Positions 1 through 9,909 are shown, numbered from the stretch's first letter. The stretch: 51,255 nt of DNA from Alphaproteobacteria bacterium (GCA_017554665.1 JAFZHX010000006.1:1-51255), one strand, 5' to 3'. A program made the numbers and translations. The notes: generated by a model from the letters alone, not told the origin.

Positions 1-1215
1 CAATGTTAAAGTTGCGCCGAACAATGCTGTCAAACCAACAATCATTCCCAAGTTGACCATCAAAGCAATACTTGCAATAACACCAAAAGAACGATACAAG
101 AACAGCAAGAATATAAAGATAAACATTACACCGACAACAGCACCAATTTTACCGCCTTCGATTGTATCTGCACCCAATCCTGCACCAACAACACGTTCCT
201 CAATAACCTGCAAAGGAGCTGGCAAAGCACCAGAACGCAACAAAACAGCTAAATCTTTTGCGCCCTGCAAAGTAAAGCCACCTGAAATCTGACCACGACC
301 ACCAGGGATTGGTTCACGAATAACTGGTGCAGACAAAACCTTACCGTCCAACACAATTGCGAATCTTTCATTTACATGTTCTGTTGTTAATTTTGCAAAT
401 CTACGTGCCCCCGAAGCATCAAACACTGTGGACACAACAGGCATGTTATTCTGGTCAAATTCTGCCTGAGAATCTTTCAAAGATTCACCCGAAACTTCTA
501 CACGAGAATAAACAGCAATAGGCATACCATTCATATCCATATAAGGCAAGAATTCAGTACCATTTGGCGCACGACCAGAAGCAATCTGTTCGCTTGATAC
601 ATTTTCATTTACCAAATGGAAAGTCATTTTAGCCGTCTGACCAATCAAGTTTTTAATATGTTCTGGATTATCAACACCTGGCAATTGAACCAAGATATAT
701 TTTCCACCCTGACTTTGGATAGAAGGTTCTTTTGTTCCCAAAGCGTCAATACGACGACGAACAATTTCAATACTGCGTGCCAATGCATCTTTTACCATTT
801 CTTGTTTCTGAGTTTCAGAATAAGACAATGAAATTGTTTTTCCATCGGACTTGATATCAACAGTATTTCCAAAAGCAGCTTTCAATCTTCCTTTGGCATC
901 AGAAACTTGTTTTTCTTCACGAACAACCAAAGAAACGACACCATTATGATTGCGCAAATTAGAGAAACGAATAACACCCTTGTTTCTATCAATCAAACTA
1001 CTACGAGCCTCTTCATACAACTGCTGAGTTTTTTCTTCAAACATAGTATTTGTATCAACTTCCAACAACAGTTGTGCACCACCCTTCAAATCCAATCCCA
1101 AAGACACAGGATTTATCCAAGATGGAAAATAAGGCGCCAATTTTGGCAACATTGTTGGCACCGCCAACAACACACAAAATACAGCCACAAAAATAATCGC
1201 CAATTTTTTAAACAT
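1..1215 (-). CDS. secD: Protein translocase subunit SecD, partial (3' end runs off the window start)
   Basis: Not in the ORF track. Hand translation from ATG 1215 gives MFKKLAIIFVAVFCVLLAVP...SLGLDLKGGAQLLLEVD, with later ...LLRSGALPAPLQVIEERVVGAGLGADTI. Lies directly downstream of yajC. Confidence 0.95.
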   Translation of the reverse strand, partial: MFKKLAIIFVAVFCVLLAVPTMLPKLAPYFPSWINPVSLGLDLKGGAQLLLEVDTNTMFEEKTQQLYEEARSSLIDRNKGVIRFSNLRNHNGVVSLVVREEKQVSDAKGRLKAAFGNTVDIKSDGKTISLSYSETQKQEMVKDALARSIEIVRRRIDALGTKEPSIQSQGGKYILVQLPGVDNPEHIKNLIGQTAKMTFHLVNENVSSEQIASGRAPNGTEFLPYMDMNGMPIAVYSRVEVSGESLKDSQAEFDQNNMPVVSTVFDASGARRFAKLTTEHVNERFAIVLDGKVLSAPVIREPIPGGRGQISGGFTLQGAKDLAVLLRSGALPAPLQVIEERVVGAGLGADTIEGGKIGAVVGVMFIFIFLLFLYRSFGVIASIALMVNLGMIVGLTALFGATLTL

Positions 1216-1232
1216 ATCCTAACCCTTTACCT

Positions 1233-1544
1233 TTATTCCACACTTGCTACAGCGTTTTTTACCACTTCGATAACAACACCTTTTGCAACTTCTACTTCAA
1301 TAGTTTTTTCATTTACTTTTTTAACAGTCCCATAAATACCCGCTGCAATCACACGATTACCAACCTGCAACGCATCAAGCATTTTTTGATATTCTGCCAT
1401 ACGTTTTTTATTCGGACGCACCATCACAAAATAGATAATCCCAACAATAATAAGGCAGTTAACCAGTAAGCCAAAAAGGCCATCCTGTGGGGCATTTGCA
1501 CCAGTTTGTACAACTGTATCTACAACTTCTGCTGTTTGTTCCAT
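1233..1544 (-). CDS. yajC: Preprotein translocase subunit YajC
   Basis: One TM segment, YFVMVRP, LQVGNRVIAAGIYGTV motif; upstream of secD; AGGAG RBS. Confidence 0.93.
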   Translation of the reverse strand: MEQTAEVVDTVVQTGANAPQDGLFGLLVNCLIIVGIIYFVMVRPNKKRMAEYQKMLDALQVGNRVIAAGIYGTVKKVNEKTIEVEVAKGVVIEVVKNAVASVE

Positions 1545-1615
1545 GCATTTCTCCTTAATTTATACTGGCAGATTAGTAAAAAAACCCTGATTTGTAAAGC
1601 AAAAATACCATATTT

Positions 1616-3343
1616 TTATAATCTTTCGAACCAACCGTCAATTTCTGTAATTGGGATAATTTTATACACAGGACGACCATGATTACATTGACCACTGCGT
1701 TCTGTTTTTTCTATATCTCGCAACAACACATCCATTTGAACCAAATCCAGCTTTTGCCCTGCACGCACCGAATGATGACAAGCATAATTAGCTAACTTTA
1801 AATGTAACTTCTCTTTCAACTGAGAAGAATGTCCATTTACACGAACTTCGTCTGCAACATTATGCAAAACATCTGCCCAATTCATATCCCAGTCTGCAGG
1901 CTTTTCAAATATTGCAATTGCATTATCACCAAAGCTATCCACTTGCAAACCAGACTGTTTTAACTCATCAACAATCGAAACAATTGCACACACATCTTCT
2001 TCGCGCAAATTAACAACAATCGGAGTCAACAAAGGTTGTGTTTTAATTTTATTGTTTCGCAATTTTTCATAAGTAATTCGTTCGTGCGCAGCATGCTGAT
2101 CAACGACAATCATATTGTCATCTTTTTGTGCAATAATATACTTGTTTGCGACCTGCCCTACAACACGTCCCAAAGGCATATCAACAAACACATTTTCGAT
2201 GGGTGTTTCTGTATGTTTTGGAACAGACACATTTGATGAAAAATTATTCTGTATTGGCGACACTATTTCATCTCGTATACGAAAGGAATCCTGCTTTATA
2301 CCGAAATCAAACCTTGGAGCAACTGGTGCAGACAAAGGAATATTTACAGATATTTTTTCTGGCACACTAACCATGGTTTTTGACAATCTATCTCGCAGTG
2401 TTTTTATTATAAAAGAACGCACATGTGAAGGCTCTAAAAAATGCACTTCGGTCTTGGCCGGAGATACATTAACATCTACCGAATTAGTAGGCAACCACAA
2501 GTATAACGCACACAATGGAAATTCGCGCGCATGCATAACATCCATATAAGCAGCACGCAATGCACCAACTAACACTTTATCTTTTACAGGTCGACCATTA
2601 ACAAACAAAAACTGATCAACAGACGAAGCGCGTCTTAATGTAGGCTCTGAAATATATCCTGTTAATTTCATACCGGCTGTTGAACCAGACACTGCATCAA
2701 CTTCCAACATACGTCCAACAACATCTTCATCCATAACAGCAGAAATACGAGATAACAAATCCTGATTTTTCGGAAAGACCCATTTATTATTTAGCACAAA
2801 ACCAACATCTGTTCGCGCCATAGCCAGCTTTTTCACAACATCTAAAACCGACATCAGTTCTGCCCTATCACCACGCAAAAATTTTAATCTAGCCGGTGTT
2901 TTTGCGAACAAGTTCTGAACACGAATACGCGTACCACTTTCCCAATCACAAGGTTTTATATTTCCTGTATTACAGTCTATCTGCCAACCATTTTTATCGA
3001 CACCATTACAAGTATCGATTATCATATCAGACACAGATGCAATAGACGGCAAAGCTTCACCACGAAAGCCCATAAAGTTAATATTCAACAAATCATCATC
3101 TGGTAATTTAGAAGTCGCATGTCGTGTAATTGCACGCGCCAAATCTTCACGCGTCATACCACCACCATTATCAATAACACTTATCATTGTGCGGCCACCA
3201 TCTACCACATCGACAACGATTTGATCTGCCCCCGCATCCAACGCATTTTCAACCAGCTCTTTGACAACGCTGGCAGGGTTTTCAACTACTTCGCCTGCTG
3301 CGATTTGATTAATCAAAAAATCTGGCAACACACGAACTGTCAT
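1616..3343 (-). CDS. mutL: DNA mismatch repair endonuclease MutL
   Basis: NQIAAGEVVENPASVVKELVENALDAG and GFRGEAL; endonuclease motifs DQHAAHERITYE, ACH and CNHGRP. Confidence 0.97.
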   Translation of the reverse strand: MTVRVLPDFLINQIAAGEVVENPASVVKELVENALDAGADQIVVDVVDGGRTMISVIDNGGGMTREDLARAITRHATSKLPDDDLLNINFMGFRGEALPSIASVSDMIIDTCNGVDKNGWQIDCNTGNIKPCDWESGTRIRVQNLFAKTPARLKFLRGDRAELMSVLDVVKKLAMARTDVGFVLNNKWVFPKNQDLLSRISAVMDEDVVGRMLEVDAVSGSTAGMKLTGYISEPTLRRASSVDQFLFVNGRPVKDKVLVGALRAAYMDVMHAREFPLCALYLWLPTNSVDVNVSPAKTEVHFLEPSHVRSFIIKTLRDRLSKTMVSVPEKISVNIPLSAPVAPRFDFGIKQDSFRIRDEIVSPIQNNFSSNVSVPKHTETPIENVFVDMPLGRVVGQVANKYIIAQKDDNMIVVDQHAAHERITYEKLRNNKIKTQPLLTPIVVNLREEDVCAIVSIVDELKQSGLQVDSFGDNAIAIFEKPADWDMNWADVLHNVADEVRVNGHSSQLKEKLHLKLANYACHHSVRAGQKLDLVQMDVLLRDIEKTERSGQCNHGRPVYKIIPITEIDGWFERL

Positions 3344-3352
3344 GCAACAACC

Positions 3353-3823
3353 TTAGTCTTTGAACTTAACTTCTAAAATTTCATATTCTTTTTCACCGCC
3401 AGGCAATTTAACAATACAAGTATCACCCACGCATCTACCAATCATTGCGCGTCCCACAGGAGAAGTACAAGAAATAACAGTACGTCCATCTGATTCGATA
3501 TCAGACAAAATTCTGCACTGCATTTTATTACCATCTTCATCTTCGGCAACGACACGCGCACCAAAAACAACCCTATCCCCTGTCAAAGAATCAACATCAA
3601 TAACAGAAGCATTTTCGATAACATCTTCGATAAATCTGATACGAGAATCAATTTGACGCTGTTTTTCTTTTGCAGCACTATAATCGGCATTTTCAGACAA
3701 ATCACCCAAAGAACGAGCCCACTGAACAGTCTTTAATATTTCTGGTCTTTGGTTTTCTTTTAAATCTTTCAACTCTTTAAGCAAGCTATCAAAGCCTGCG
3801 CGCGAAATTGGTTTCTTTTCCAT
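3353..3823 (-). CDS. greA: Transcription elongation factor GreA
   Basis: GDLSENADYSAAKE, V.FGA.V and SPVGRA motifs; start placed at MEKKP. Confidence 0.93.
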   Translation of the reverse strand: MEKKPISRAGFDSLLKELKDLKENQRPEILKTVQWARSLGDLSENADYSAAKEKQRQIDSRIRFIEDVIENASVIDVDSLTGDRVVFGARVVAEDEDGNKMQCRILSDIESDGRTVISCTSPVGRAMIGRCVGDTCIVKLPGGEKEYEILEVKFKD

Positions 3824-3911
3824 AATAATATTCCCCATATGTTTTCTAGAAATTATACGCATTCATTTTAATTTTGCAATTATCAAATGAAAAAGGTATA
3901 ATTTTACTATT

Positions 3912-4970
3912 ATGCTTAGGTTAAATATCTTAAATCGCTTTTTATTGCGCCGATTTTTTTCTGGCGTCGGTTTGGTATTATTGGTTGTATGTGGCATTAT
4001 TATGGCGGTAACTTTTGTTGAAAGATTGCCTTCTAATTCTGACGCGATTGCCGCTCTATACGATGCTTGGATGCGTTTATTAGAGTATATACCGATGTTC
4101 TTACCAATGTCTGTATTTATGGGAACATTGTTAACTTCATATAAACTTACCAAGTCCAGCGAAGGCATTATTATATCCAGCGCAGGTCTTTCGCCATACC
4201 AAGCAACACGTCCATTTTTTGTTGGCGCTTTTTTAATTGGCGCATTTGCAACAATGGTTATCAATCCATATTCTGTAAAGATAAATTCAGAACATATAAC
4301 GACAGAAAATCTACAGTTAATTGATAACAAAATCTGGTTACACGAAAACACAGACAAACAAACAATAACAATGAACGCGAAAGAGTTAAACAAGATAAAC
4401 GACTCTTTGGAATTTATAAACGCAACCATTTATATCCAAGGTCCTGACTTTAAATTAACCGAACGCATTATCACTAAAAGTGTAACATTATCAGACAACA
4501 AACTAACCGCAAAGCAGGCACAAATATTACACGACAATGGCGCTACAACATCTGGTGCTTGGGAAACAGAAACATTATTAACACCGCAAACTATACTGGA
4601 CAGATATTTGCAACCAAATCAAATATCTTTCTGGCAACTGCCCTCTTTCATAAAAAAGATGCAAAGCATTGGTGCGCCTGTACGCGGTCATTTAGTTCAG
4701 TTATGGACACTGCTATTTTTACCACTAACAATGATTGCTATGGCATCTTTGGGTGTTGCTTTTTCACAAACAAAACAACGCAGAAACTACAGTTTTGGCA
4801 TCAAGTTTAGTCTTGGCATAATCACATGTTTTGCATTGTACTTTTTGATAAACTTGTTTAATGCGTTGGGTGCAACAGGCACACTTCCACCAATGTTATC
4901 TATCATTGCGCCTCCATTAATTATTATCGCAGGCGCAGGAATATTTATGAACAGTTTTGACACAATATAA
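3912..4970 (+). CDS. LptF/LptG family LPS export permease
   Basis: 3+3 TM layout with periplasmic beta-jellyroll region; KSSEGIIISSAGLSPYQ resembles the LptF/G coupling helix. Confidence 0.85.
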   Translation: MLRLNILNRFLLRRFFSGVGLVLLVVCGIIMAVTFVERLPSNSDAIAALYDAWMRLLEYIPMFLPMSVFMGTLLTSYKLTKSSEGIIISSAGLSPYQATRPFFVGAFLIGAFATMVINPYSVKINSEHITTENLQLIDNKIWLHENTDKQTITMNAKELNKINDSLEFINATIYIQGPDFKLTERIITKSVTLSDNKLTAKQAQILHDNGATTSGAWETETLLTPQTILDRYLQPNQISFWQLPSFIKKMQSIGAPVRGHLVQLWTLLFLPLTMIAMASLGVAFSQTKQRRNYSFGIKFSLGIITCFALYFLINLFNALGATGTLPPMLSIIAPPLIIIAGAGIFMNSFDTI

Positions 4971-4987
4971 AATTGAGGTTTTATAAA

Positions 4988-5122
4988 ATGCCATTAAAAA
5001 GAAAAAAGAAAACAAAATTTCATAGTATCTTGGTTTGGGCAATTATTGCTGCATTAATACTGTTGATGATAATATCATTCCCTACAACACAACACATGAC
5101 AGAAATCGTTGTATATCCATGA
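4988..5122 (+). CDS. 44-aa single-pass membrane protein upstream of xerD
   Basis: MPLKRKKKTKFHSILVWAIIAALILLMIISFPTTQHMTEIVVYP*; GAGG RBS upstream; TGA overlaps the xerD ATG (ATGA); too short for the ORF track. Confidence 0.7.
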   Translation: MPLKRKKKTKFHSILVWAIIAALILLMIISFPTTQHMTEIVVYP

Positions 5123-5979
5123 ACTATATAGATATATTTTTAGAAGCTTTATCTGCAGAAAAAGGTCGCAGTGATAAAACACTGACCAGTTATGCATCTG
5201 ACTTGAATCTTGCAGACACTTCGATTGACGGCGGATTGATGAAGGCCAAAGAAACAGATATTCAAAACTATCTTTCAAACCTGCCTGACAAACCATCTTC
5301 TATTGCACGCAAAGCTTCTGCTCTACGTGGCTTTTACAAGTTTTTAATGTTGGAAAAAATCATTACAAGTAACCCAACTGCAAATTTAGAATTACCAAAA
5401 CGCAATCGCACGTTACCAAAGTTTTTAACCGTAGAAGAAATTGAATTATTAATCTCTTCTGCTGGTGACATACGCAATTCATTGCGTTTGCGCGCAATGA
5501 TAGAACTGTTGTACGCATCAGGCCTTCGTGTTTCAGAGCTATGCGAATTACCAACCTCTGCCATACTTGGAAACAAGTTATTAATTCATGGCAAAGGCGC
5601 AAAAGAAAGACTTGTACCTATGCACGATGCAGCCGTACATTCACTAAACAAATGGATGGATATGCGTGGTGATATAAACTCAAAATACGTCTTTCCATCA
5701 AACGGAAAATCAGGCCATATAACACGTGATGGATTTTTCAAAATATTGAAGAAATGCGCCGTATTGGCAGGCATTGATCCTAACCGTGTAAGTCCACACG
5801 TATTGCGTCATTCTTTTGCATCACACTTACTAGCAGGCGGTGCAAACCTGCGCGCGATACAAACAATGTTGGGTCACGAAGATATATCTACAACCCAAAT
5901 TTATACACATGTACTGCCGGACCAATTAAAAGAGACAGTATCCAAACATCATCCATTGGCAAAAAATAAAGGTAAATAA
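5119..5979 (+). CDS. xerD: Tyrosine recombinase XerD
   Basis: LLYASGLRVSEL, GKGAKERLVP, SPHVLRHSFASHLL, LGHEDISTTQIYT; start placed at MNYID. Confidence 0.9.
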   Translation: MNYIDIFLEALSAEKGRSDKTLTSYASDLNLADTSIDGGLMKAKETDIQNYLSNLPDKPSSIARKASALRGFYKFLMLEKIITSNPTANLELPKRNRTLPKFLTVEEIELLISSAGDIRNSLRLRAMIELLYASGLRVSELCELPTSAILGNKLLIHGKGAKERLVPMHDAAVHSLNKWMDMRGDINSKYVFPSNGKSGHITRDGFFKILKKCAVLAGIDPNRVSPHVLRHSFASHLLAGGANLRAIQTMLGHEDISTTQIYTHVLPDQLKETVSKHHPLAKNKGK

Positions 5980-6482
5980 TGATAAAAAAATGTGACCACA
6001 CAGGATGCACAAAAGCAGGCACTTGCCGTGCTCCAAAAAATCGCGATTTAAAAGAATATTGGTTTTTCTGCCAAGAGCATGCTGCCGAATACAACAAAAA
6101 TTGGAATTTTTATGCCAATATGAGCCCAGAAGAAATTGAAGCTGATTGGGAGCGTCAAACTTTTGGTGAACCATTAAAAGAAGCAAAAGAAGCAAATAAC
6201 GAAGCATCTGATTATGCAAAATTTATAAACGACTTTATCACTGGACGCAGCAAATTTGACCGTATGCCGCTAAAAAGCAAATTACCAACAACAGTTGTAT
6301 CTGCATTAAAAGTCTTTGACCTAGGCATATCTGCAACTTGGCGTGAAGTTGGTGTTAAATATCGTGCACTTGCTAAAAAATACCACCCTGACACAGCAAC
6401 AGACAAGAAAAATGCAGCCACAGAATTTGCAAAAATATCAGCCGCATACGACATATTAAAAAAACATTTCGGCAAGAAATAA
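5979..6482 (+). CDS. J-domain protein (alphaproteobacterial type with N-terminal Cys/His motif)
   Basis: N-terminal CDHTGC...RAPK...WFFCQEHAAEYN; C-terminal J-domain with HPD. Confidence 0.88.
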   Translation: MIKKCDHTGCTKAGTCRAPKNRDLKEYWFFCQEHAAEYNKNWNFYANMSPEEIEADWERQTFGEPLKEAKEANNEASDYAKFINDFITGRSKFDRMPLKSKLPTTVVSALKVFDLGISATWREVGVKYRALAKKYHPDTATDKKNAATEFAKISAAYDILKKHFGKK

Positions 6483-6486
6483 GTCT

Positions 6487-6514
6487 TTGTTACATTGCTT
6501 TTTTATGATATAAT
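6487..6514 (+). promoter_or_regulatory. Sigma70 extended -10 promoter of the OMP gene
   Basis: TTGTTA-N16-TATAAT with TATG extension (TATGATATAAT 6504-6514); AGGAG RBS follows. Confidence 0.6.
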
Positions 6515-6537
6515 TTTATTCAAAAGGAGAATTATAT

Positions 6538-7818
6538 ATGAAAAAGCAAATGTCTGTTATCATTGGTGCATTGGCAATGTTGACTACTGCCAATACATAC
6601 GCAGAAACAAACTGGGGTGCACGCGCAGGTTCAAGCGCAAACCTATCAAGCGCACCAGCTACACGCACTCGCGAGAATGTAAATTACAAAAAATATAAAA
6701 CAACAAAACGCACATATTCAACAAAAGATGCCGGTGATTTGTATTACACAAAGCCAGCAGACCGTAACACTTTGTACAAAGAATACACAGGTGCAGGTTC
6801 ATCTAGTGCTGCTGCTACAAAAACAACTATTCGCAAAAGCCGTCTAGAAACAGTTAAAACAACTGTGAAACGCAAATACTTTTTGGCGCATCCATTCTTC
6901 CAACCATTGGGTGGCAAGTTTGGTTCCATAACAGACGCGTCATTTGCAAACAATTCTTATGATTTTACAATCAACCAAACAGCTAATCTGTACGACAGTG
7001 CAGACACACCGTTAGCTCCTATGACAGGTTTAACTGCATCGTGGGAAGCAAAAAGTCTGAATATCAAAGAAGATTTCAGCTATGGTATTACAGACCGTTT
7101 TGCTGTTTTGGGAATGTTGCAATATAACTCTAGCGACTATGAAACAAAATATTCAACAGGAGACCCTACTGATAAAGCAAACAACAGTGGCTTGAACTTA
7201 TACGGTCTTGGCGCACAATGGCGCTTTGCTGACACTGAACGTTGGATTGCAATGTTGTCTGGATATTTCCAGCATCAAAAAGATACATCTAACAGCTTGC
7301 TGTTCGAAGCCAAGGCAGGATACAAAGTACAAACATCTACAATCTATGGTTTGGTACGAGGCTGGTTTATCGACCTAGACACAAACTCTTATGGCAATCC
7401 AATTGCTGGTCAAACACCAAGTGGCAACCCTGCAATCTTCTATTTGCCATATAACGACAGCGACAAAGTAGCATACATCGAAGGCGGCTTGGGTGTATTC
7501 AGTGTACTGCACCAAGACTGGACATTAAATGTCGAAGCTTTGTATGGTGACTATGACTGGCACAACCAAGCATCTATCAAAGCTGCAATTGGTTGGCAAC
7601 CAAACGATTGGTTTGCTTTAAATCTGTATGGAAAAACATCTTTGTATGACAATGCAAACGATAAAACATTAGATTTATATTACCAAGACCCAACAGTAAA
7701 AATCGAAGATGGTAGCGGTACAAAAGTACCTATGACCAGCTTGCAAAAAATTGGAACAGCAGATTTGGATAAATATTCAGAAACAACTGTTGGTTTGCAA
7801 GTTATATTACAATTCTAA
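6538..7818 (+). CDS. Putative outer-membrane beta-barrel protein with basic N-terminal extension
   Basis: Signal peptide (..TYA), alternating amphipathic strands, C-terminal beta-signal VGLQVILQF. Confidence 0.75.
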   Translation: MKKQMSVIIGALAMLTTANTYAETNWGARAGSSANLSSAPATRTRENVNYKKYKTTKRTYSTKDAGDLYYTKPADRNTLYKEYTGAGSSSAAATKTTIRKSRLETVKTTVKRKYFLAHPFFQPLGGKFGSITDASFANNSYDFTINQTANLYDSADTPLAPMTGLTASWEAKSLNIKEDFSYGITDRFAVLGMLQYNSSDYETKYSTGDPTDKANNSGLNLYGLGAQWRFADTERWIAMLSGYFQHQKDTSNSLLFEAKAGYKVQTSTIYGLVRGWFIDLDTNSYGNPIAGQTPSGNPAIFYLPYNDSDKVAYIEGGLGVFSVLHQDWTLNVEALYGDYDWHNQASIKAAIGWQPNDWFALNLYGKTSLYDNANDKTLDLYYQDPTVKIEDGSGTKVPMTSLQKIGTADLDKYSETTVGLQVILQF

Positions 7819-7826
7819 AAAACAAC

Positions 7827-7862
7827 TTGATATTCCCGTAATCAACTTGCGGGAATATCAAA
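7827..7862. terminator. Hairpin between the two OMP genes
   Basis: TTGATATTCCCG ... CGGGAATATCAA inverted repeat. Confidence 0.6.
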
Positions 7863-7884
7863 AAAGCGAGAGAGAACAAACATC

Positions 7885-8622
7885 ATGCATAAATTATTGC
7901 CTATTTGTTTAGCCTGTGCGTTTATTGCCCTGCCCGTTGCTTCACATGCAAATGTACTTGAACACGACACTTCTGACCCTCTGTATTTATTAAATACCGA
8001 AGAAGTATTAAGTCAAACATATCTTACATATTGGCACAGCACACTGCGTATTGGTCAAGGTATTTCATATGGTATGAATCAACGTTTATCACTTGGTGCT
8101 AATGTACATTACCAACACCATTTCAACGGCGACCAAGATGGTTTTTCGGCTATTGATTTAGGTGCAACATACCGCATGACACGCGCCGAAGATACAAACT
8201 CTCATATCATTTCTGATTTGTTGTTTGGTTTTAAGTTCGGTGGTAGCTCTCATGTACGCACACCTTATTATGCAGACTCCACATACTACGCTGGAATTCG
8301 TTTCGGTCGTCAATGGGCTGGTCTGACATTATCTGCAACAGTTAAATCCAGTTGGGTATTTGATGACGAACGCGGCATGTCATTCATTGACTTTATGCCA
8401 GAAGCATATTTCAGAATCGCTCCTGAATGGCGCATGGGTGGTGGCTTTACAATTCGCAAAGCAACAAACAAAGATGTTGTTACAGGCCAAGACTATGACC
8501 AAGAATGGTTACATACTAAATTGGTCAGACAATATGGTCGCACACAATACATTGGCCACATAGACTATGAATTTGAAGACGATGAAATTCAATTCGGAGT
8601 AAAAATAAACATCGTATTCTAA
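7885..8622 (+). CDS. Putative outer-membrane beta-barrel protein
   Basis: Signal peptide (..ASHA), amphipathic strands, C-terminal FGVKINIVF. Confidence 0.75.
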   Translation: MHKLLPICLACAFIALPVASHANVLEHDTSDPLYLLNTEEVLSQTYLTYWHSTLRIGQGISYGMNQRLSLGANVHYQHHFNGDQDGFSAIDLGATYRMTRAEDTNSHIISDLLFGFKFGGSSHVRTPYYADSTYYAGIRFGRQWAGLTLSATVKSSWVFDDERGMSFIDFMPEAYFRIAPEWRMGGGFTIRKATNKDVVTGQDYDQEWLHTKLVRQYGRTQYIGHIDYEFEDDEIQFGVKINIVF

Positions 8623-8633
8623 CAATAACAACA

Positions 8634-8666
8634 AAAAATATGCGGTAATCACCGCATACTTTTTTA
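8634..8666 (+). terminator. Intrinsic terminator
   Basis: TATGCGGT-aatc-ACCGCATA followed by a T-tract and preceded by an A-tract. Confidence 0.7.
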
Positions 8667-8668
8667 AC

Positions 8669-8735
8669 TAGTGCCGGCAATGTAGTGTACAAATGCTACA
8701 TAAATTGCCGGTTCGCTTTTAGATGAATTATTATC
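8669..8735. repeat. Palindromic element copy 1 (left-truncated)
   Basis: CCGGCAAT-GTAGTGTACAAATGCTACATAA-ATTGCCGG then GCTTTTAGATGAATTATTAT. Confidence 0.85.
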
Positions 8736-8742
8736 AGCAAAT

Positions 8743-8852
8743 TTAGAAATGAATTAGAACGATTTAGATAAAAGTAGTGCCGGCAATGTAGTGTACAGAC
8801 GCTACATGAGTTGCCGGCACCGCTTTTAGATAAATTATTATAATTTATTTAG
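8743..8852. repeat. Palindromic element copy 2 (apparently complete; overlaps trxB 3' end)
   Basis: TTAGAAATGAATTA...GTGCCGGCAAT-GTAGTGTACAGACGCTACATGA-GTTGCCGGCAC...TAATTTATTT. Confidence 0.88.
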
Positions 8853-9734
8853 ATAGGAGATTGCGTCCATACCTGCGCAACACCCTGTTCCGACAGCTGT
8901 TGCTATTTGCATTTTTAAATCACTATGCACATCACCTGCAACAAACATACCTTCTGGCAATTCAGCAGGTATCAAGCGACCCAGCGCATCGCGTTTAATA
9001 TCTTCTGACAAATAGTCAGTATTTGCTTCATGACCAATTGCCACAAAAACACCATCAACAACAAGCTGTTCACCAGCAGTCGTAGTAACAATTAGTTCGC
9101 CTTCTGTTGAATCTGGTTTTTCTTCGATTTTTTCTAAATCTGTATTGAACAAGCATTCGATGTTATCGCGCGCAGCTACACGTTCGCGCAATACAGCCTC
9201 TGCTCTAAAGAATTCTGATTTACGATAAACGATTTTAACTGTCTTGGCCAAATCAGCTAAATACAAAGCATCGTTCAAAGCACTGTTACCACCACCCATA
9301 ACAATTACTGTTCTGCCACTATAGAAGAAGCCATCACATGTTGCGCAATAAGAAACACCACGGCCCATCAATTCACGAGCACCTGCAATTTCAAGTTTGC
9401 GTGGGCTAGCACCAGTTGCAACAATAACAGTCTTACCAACATATTCTTTATTATTAGCAGTAACAACAAATTCATTATTTTCATTTTTTACAACATTTGT
9501 TGCTGTAACAAACTCTACACTTGCGCCAAATGTTTCTGCTTGTTTTTTCATAAATTCCGCCAATTCAGAGCCACTTCCAGCCCAACCTGGATAGTTTTCC
9601 AGCACGGCAATTCCAGCCATTTGGCCACCCAGTCTATCGCCACCTAACACGATTGTTTTCTTGTTTGCGCGCGCTGCATACAAAGCTGCAGTCAGCCCTG
9701 CGGGTCCAGAACCCAAGATAATTACATCATACAT
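8838..9734 (-). CDS. trxB: Thioredoxin reductase
   Basis: GSGPAGLTAA, GVSYCATCDG, GGGNSA and AGD motifs; start placed at MYDVII. Confidence 0.93.
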   Translation of the reverse strand: MYDVIILGSGPAGLTAALYAARANKKTIVLGGDRLGGQMAGIAVLENYPGWAGSGSELAEFMKKQAETFGASVEFVTATNVVKNENNEFVVTANNKEYVGKTVIVATGASPRKLEIAGARELMGRGVSYCATCDGFFYSGRTVIVMGGGNSALNDALYLADLAKTVKIVYRKSEFFRAEAVLRERVAARDNIECLFNTDLEKIEEKPDSTEGELIVTTTAGEQLVVDGVFVAIGHEANTDYLSEDIKRDALGRLIPAELPEGMFVAGDVHSDLKMQIATAVGTGCCAGMDAISYLNKL

Positions 9735-9816
9735 TTGCTTTTCTTCCTTTTTTCTCGGGGTCAATATAACAGAATTCACCCACCCACACAACCAAAATAA
9801 TTAGAAATTAAACAAG

Positions 9817-9845
9817 TTGATATAAAACGAAAAATATCTTATAAT
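9817..9845 (+). promoter_or_regulatory. Near-consensus sigma70 promoter upstream of the serS leader
   Basis: TTGATA (9817-9822)-N17-TATAAT (9840-9845). Confidence 0.7.
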
Positions 9846-9855
9846 TCGTAGCGAT

Positions 9856-9909
9856 ATGAAATTTACTTTTGTATTTTTTAGTTCTATTTCATCCCCTTTT
9901 GGGGAATAA
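9856..9909 (+). CDS. Candidate Ser-rich leader peptide of serS (17 aa)
   Basis: MKFTFVFFSSISSPFGE*; four different Ser codons within five codons; ATG 10 nt after the -10 box. Confidence 0.45.
   Translation: MKFTFVFFSSISSPFGE

Noticed and set aside
5119-5979. Tyrosine recombinase as a phage integrase or shufflon invertase
   Set aside because: Sequence and context fit housekeeping XerD; no att sites or invertible repeats seen.
8669-8852. Tandem repeats as a mini CRISPR array
   Set aside because: Only two local copies, ~100-bp palindromic units, dispersed variants with different stems, and no cas genes.
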